A DNA stretch of 63,129 nucleotides, filler included, from Octopus bimaculoides (taxonomy: Eukaryota), in the NCBI RefSeq assembly GCF_001194135.2. It is 8 parts of 7 records of this genome, joined end to end, with 100 filler letters (N's around TTAATTAATTAA, not from the genome) between each part and the next. Parts side by side here need not be neighbours in the genome. Positions count along the whole stretch, not along the records: positions 59,844 to 61,847 come from NC_068997.1; positions 61,948 to 63,129 come from NW_026354131.1; 6 more parts are not named here. The stretch is one strand, 5' to 3'. The notes below the pieces were generated by a model. The model did not search any database, was not told the DNA's origin, and saw nothing but the letters and a program-made list of their open reading frames with translations. The position numbers and the translations under genes were made by a program. Numbering within the stretch: the first letter of the stretch is position 1; each line of letters opens with the position of its first letter. Of the stretch, positions 60,032 to 63,129 are shown piece after piece.

Positions 60032-60218
60032 CGAGGTTGTCAGTGCACAGTGGAAACACGAGGCAGAGGAAATGGGCAGCACATAGAGATTCATTATGTC
60101 GTCCAGCTGTTCCCAGTTGGCGACTGTGTTCCCTGCTATTGCATCAATGGCAGCGGAAGTGCTGTAATAAAAGCGGAAGTAATATATTTTAAATCGAAGC
60201 AACGACTGGGCGTTATAG

Positions 60219-60301
<83 letters not shown>

Positions 60302-60313
60302 CAGACAAATTGG

Positions 60314-60366
<53 letters not shown>

Positions 60367-61365
60367 GTCGAGTTAGGGAGAGAAAGTCAATAAGAGAAAT
60401 GAACAAAGACTTATTAATAAAGCATTTGTTGTCTGCTCGCGAGTTTCATTGTTTGTATATGTACGTTTGTACGGATACACACACAGAAACACATACACAT
60501 ACACACACACACGCACACAATATTATATGAGTGTGCGTGCGTGTGTGCGTCTGCATATCTCATGCAACACACGTGTGTTAATGGGAAGCCGTCTGAGGTG
60601 TCAAACGAGACGGTGCCGCAGCACTCACGGATGTATCTCACCGTGACTTAATAGTAACAACATCAATGACGTCAGCATCAACAATAATATGAACAGCTAA
60701 AAACACACCGGCCGATATCGAGTCAACGAGTGTACCTCCACATGGACACACCACCCTGCTAGAAGTAGCAGCAAAATCTCCATCAAATCGCACAACACGG
60801 CCTCAGGAAAAGCAGGAAGGATAGATTGGGTTATATAGCTGTAGATACATATAAAAAGGCGCGATGGTCACGCTTTAGAATATGGGTATCTTTGGTAAGG
60901 TCACTGGGGTACAAATATACGAAACCCGGTATACCCATCATTACGATCCGTCTGACAAGGGTACAGCAGACACATGCATCACAACCATATGTGCAAGACA
61001 TGGTGATCTCATATCAAGATAAACATCGCATGAACTTGCAGGTGAGGCCCAGTTAGAATTTTCTTCAGGTTGAGTAGCCCATCCCGCGCAAAAGGTCCTT
61101 GAATAAGGAATATTTAAGGATGATAAACAAAACACCCATGTTTCCAGAAGTGAATTATTCAAGCCCCCCCCCCAAATTCCTCTCAACACATGGCTATGAT
61201 GCTCCTCCACTACTTCTGCTCAACTGATTATGGTCAAACAACTGGCAAACAGATCTGTGGTATTGAACAGAATATTTGCTGTAGCCCATATTTTATACCA
61301 AGACAAAACATGTACATGATAACACTTCTAATCAGTTAAGATTAGAAGCCATGACAGCCAGAGCC

Positions 61366-61404
<39 letters not shown>

Positions 61405-61408
61405 TCTT

Positions 61409-61439
<31 letters not shown>

Positions 61440-61691
61440 TTATTATTATTATTATTATTATTAAAAATCACTTGTGCAGATCGTTCGGCAAATCGCTGAA
61501 TGTTCATACGTCGTCTTCAACGGGAGAATCCATTACACACACACACACACACATGTATATTGTATAAAGGATCGTGGGTAAGGCCAAAACAATACGAAGT
61601 AAATGCAAGGTAAATCACAAGAAAACAAATATGTGAATTAATGTAGACTTGCCTTGTATTCAATATTTCGGGGTCAATATTTCGGTGTATT

Positions 61692-61727
<36 letters not shown>

Positions 61728-61759
61728 GGTTGTTGTTTTTGTTGTTGTTGTTGTTGTTA

Positions 61760-61817
<58 letters not shown>

Positions 61818-61994
61818 GGCGGCGAGTTGGCAGAATCGTTAGCATGCNNNNNNNNNNNNNNNNNNNNNNNNNNNNNNNNNNNNNNNNNNNNTTAATTAAT
61901 TAANNNNNNNNNNNNNNNNNNNNNNNNNNNNNNNNNNNNNNNNNNNNATCCTATGTGAGGGAGAGAGCAGACAAAAAAGCCTGGGTTATAAAAA

Positions 61995-62370
61995 ACATTA
62001 AGATATTAAGGATGGCTCCCTCAAAGACAATCCAATTAGGATCAGTGAGGTACTGAATGACCAGTTCAAAAGTGTCTTCACCACCCTGTTGGAACACAGA
62101 CAAGTGAATGAACCAGTGGACTTCTTTGCCACCTCCCCTATAACCAGCAAGGCAGTTATGATGGAATACATCGACATTAGCGAAGATGTACTACTAGCTA
62201 TAGATGAAGTGGACACAAACTCAACTGCTGGTCCTGATGGTTTCCCAGCAATCCTCCACAAATCGTGTAAGCATGCCCTGTCAAAACCCCTCCAGATTCT
62301 CTTCTAGAGCTTTCTTGCAAATGGCAGACTGCCAAGCAAGCTGAAGGAGGGAATAATATGCCCAATCCAT
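61995..62370 (+). mobile_element. CR1-like LINE ORF2 fragment (upstream of RT core)
   Basis: SEVLNDQFKSVFT, EDVLLAIDEVDTNSTAGPDGFPAILHKSCKHALSKPLQILF, LKEGIICPI. Confidence 0.85.
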
Positions 62371-62430
62371 ACATATATACATGTATATATATACACATAC
62401 ACATATATATACTTATATACACACACATAT

Positions 62431-62469
<39 letters not shown>

Positions 62470-63129
62470 CAGTAAATTTCGTAATCGCTACCAATATAGT
62501 ATAAGACTTCACCCCAAAGGATCATTTATTAGATTCCTCAAGGGTCGTTCTCATTGTTTATATTTCCAAGGTTTCAAATTTGTATGTTTAAAAATGTAGA
62601 GACTCACAACATGACCGATCTTTATTCCATTTATTTAATTATTTACCATTCGATGTCAACATTTCTGTGCCCAGCTCTAAGTCATCTAATTAGGTGGACT
62701 GACGCATAGAATACTAGTAGAAATGTTGAGATGCACCTGAACCTTAGTGGAATTAGAAAATTAAGCTAAACTACAATGGATACCTGACTATAACTAGAAA
62801 GACACCGTACCCATAATTTAATGAAAAGATCACTGTAGTTAAAGGGTCAGTTAAAAATAATCTCAATTAGAACCCCAAATTATCCATTAATAGGAGGTAA
62901 CCACTAATAGTGCAAACCAACCCTAGGTTGCGACACTATAGTCTGTGCAGCCTATAAGTGTAGATTGTATAAGTGCCAATATAGGATTATTACTAATAAT
63001 AATAAGAAGAAGAAGAACAACAACAACAACAATAACGATAACAAAAATAATAGTAGGAGAAGAGTTTGTGAGCACACATAGTAGTAAGGATGGAAGCAGA
63101 GCATATAGATAGAATTGTAATAAAGATGT

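Noticed and set aside
19471-63129. Dozens of long ORFs rich in YI, HT, CV, D, M, I or X
   Set aside because: They are translations of (TA)n, (CA)n, (TACA)n, (GAT)n, (ATT)n microsatellites and N gaps.

Overview
AT-rich, microsatellite-dense animal genomic DNA from a gapped draft assembly. The repeat landscape suggests a cephalopod, probably Octopus; this is an inference and cannot be confirmed from the sequence alone. The one solid host gene, missed by the ORF track, is a minus-strand platelet-activating factor acetylhydrolase (PLA2G7/PAFAH2 family). It has six GT-AG exons between 17703 and 2945 that splice into 286 full codons with no stop, and its Ser-Asp-His triad is intact. The first and last exons were not found. 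Its largest intron holds a complete but dead 5.26-kb Buster-type hAT transposon (16-bp perfect TIRs, 8-bp TSD). Nested inside that transposon are a Ginger-like foldback element and three hammerhead-ribozyme-like motifs, all antisense to the host pre-mRNA. The rest of the window is mostly decayed mobile DNA: RTE, CR1-like, R4/Dong-like, HERO-like and Penelope-like retroelements, Tc1/mariner relics and MITEs, and several tRNA-derived SINE families. It also contains long hairpins, an inverted telomere-repeat core inside a MITE, and simple repeats. Seven artificial 100-bp spacers (N44-TTAATTAATTAA-N44) break contiguity, so segments on either side of them may not be true neighbours. No CRISPR array, rRNA gene or bona fide tRNA gene was found. 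I cannot claim a new biological system; the best leads are the hammerhead cluster and the nested-element intron.
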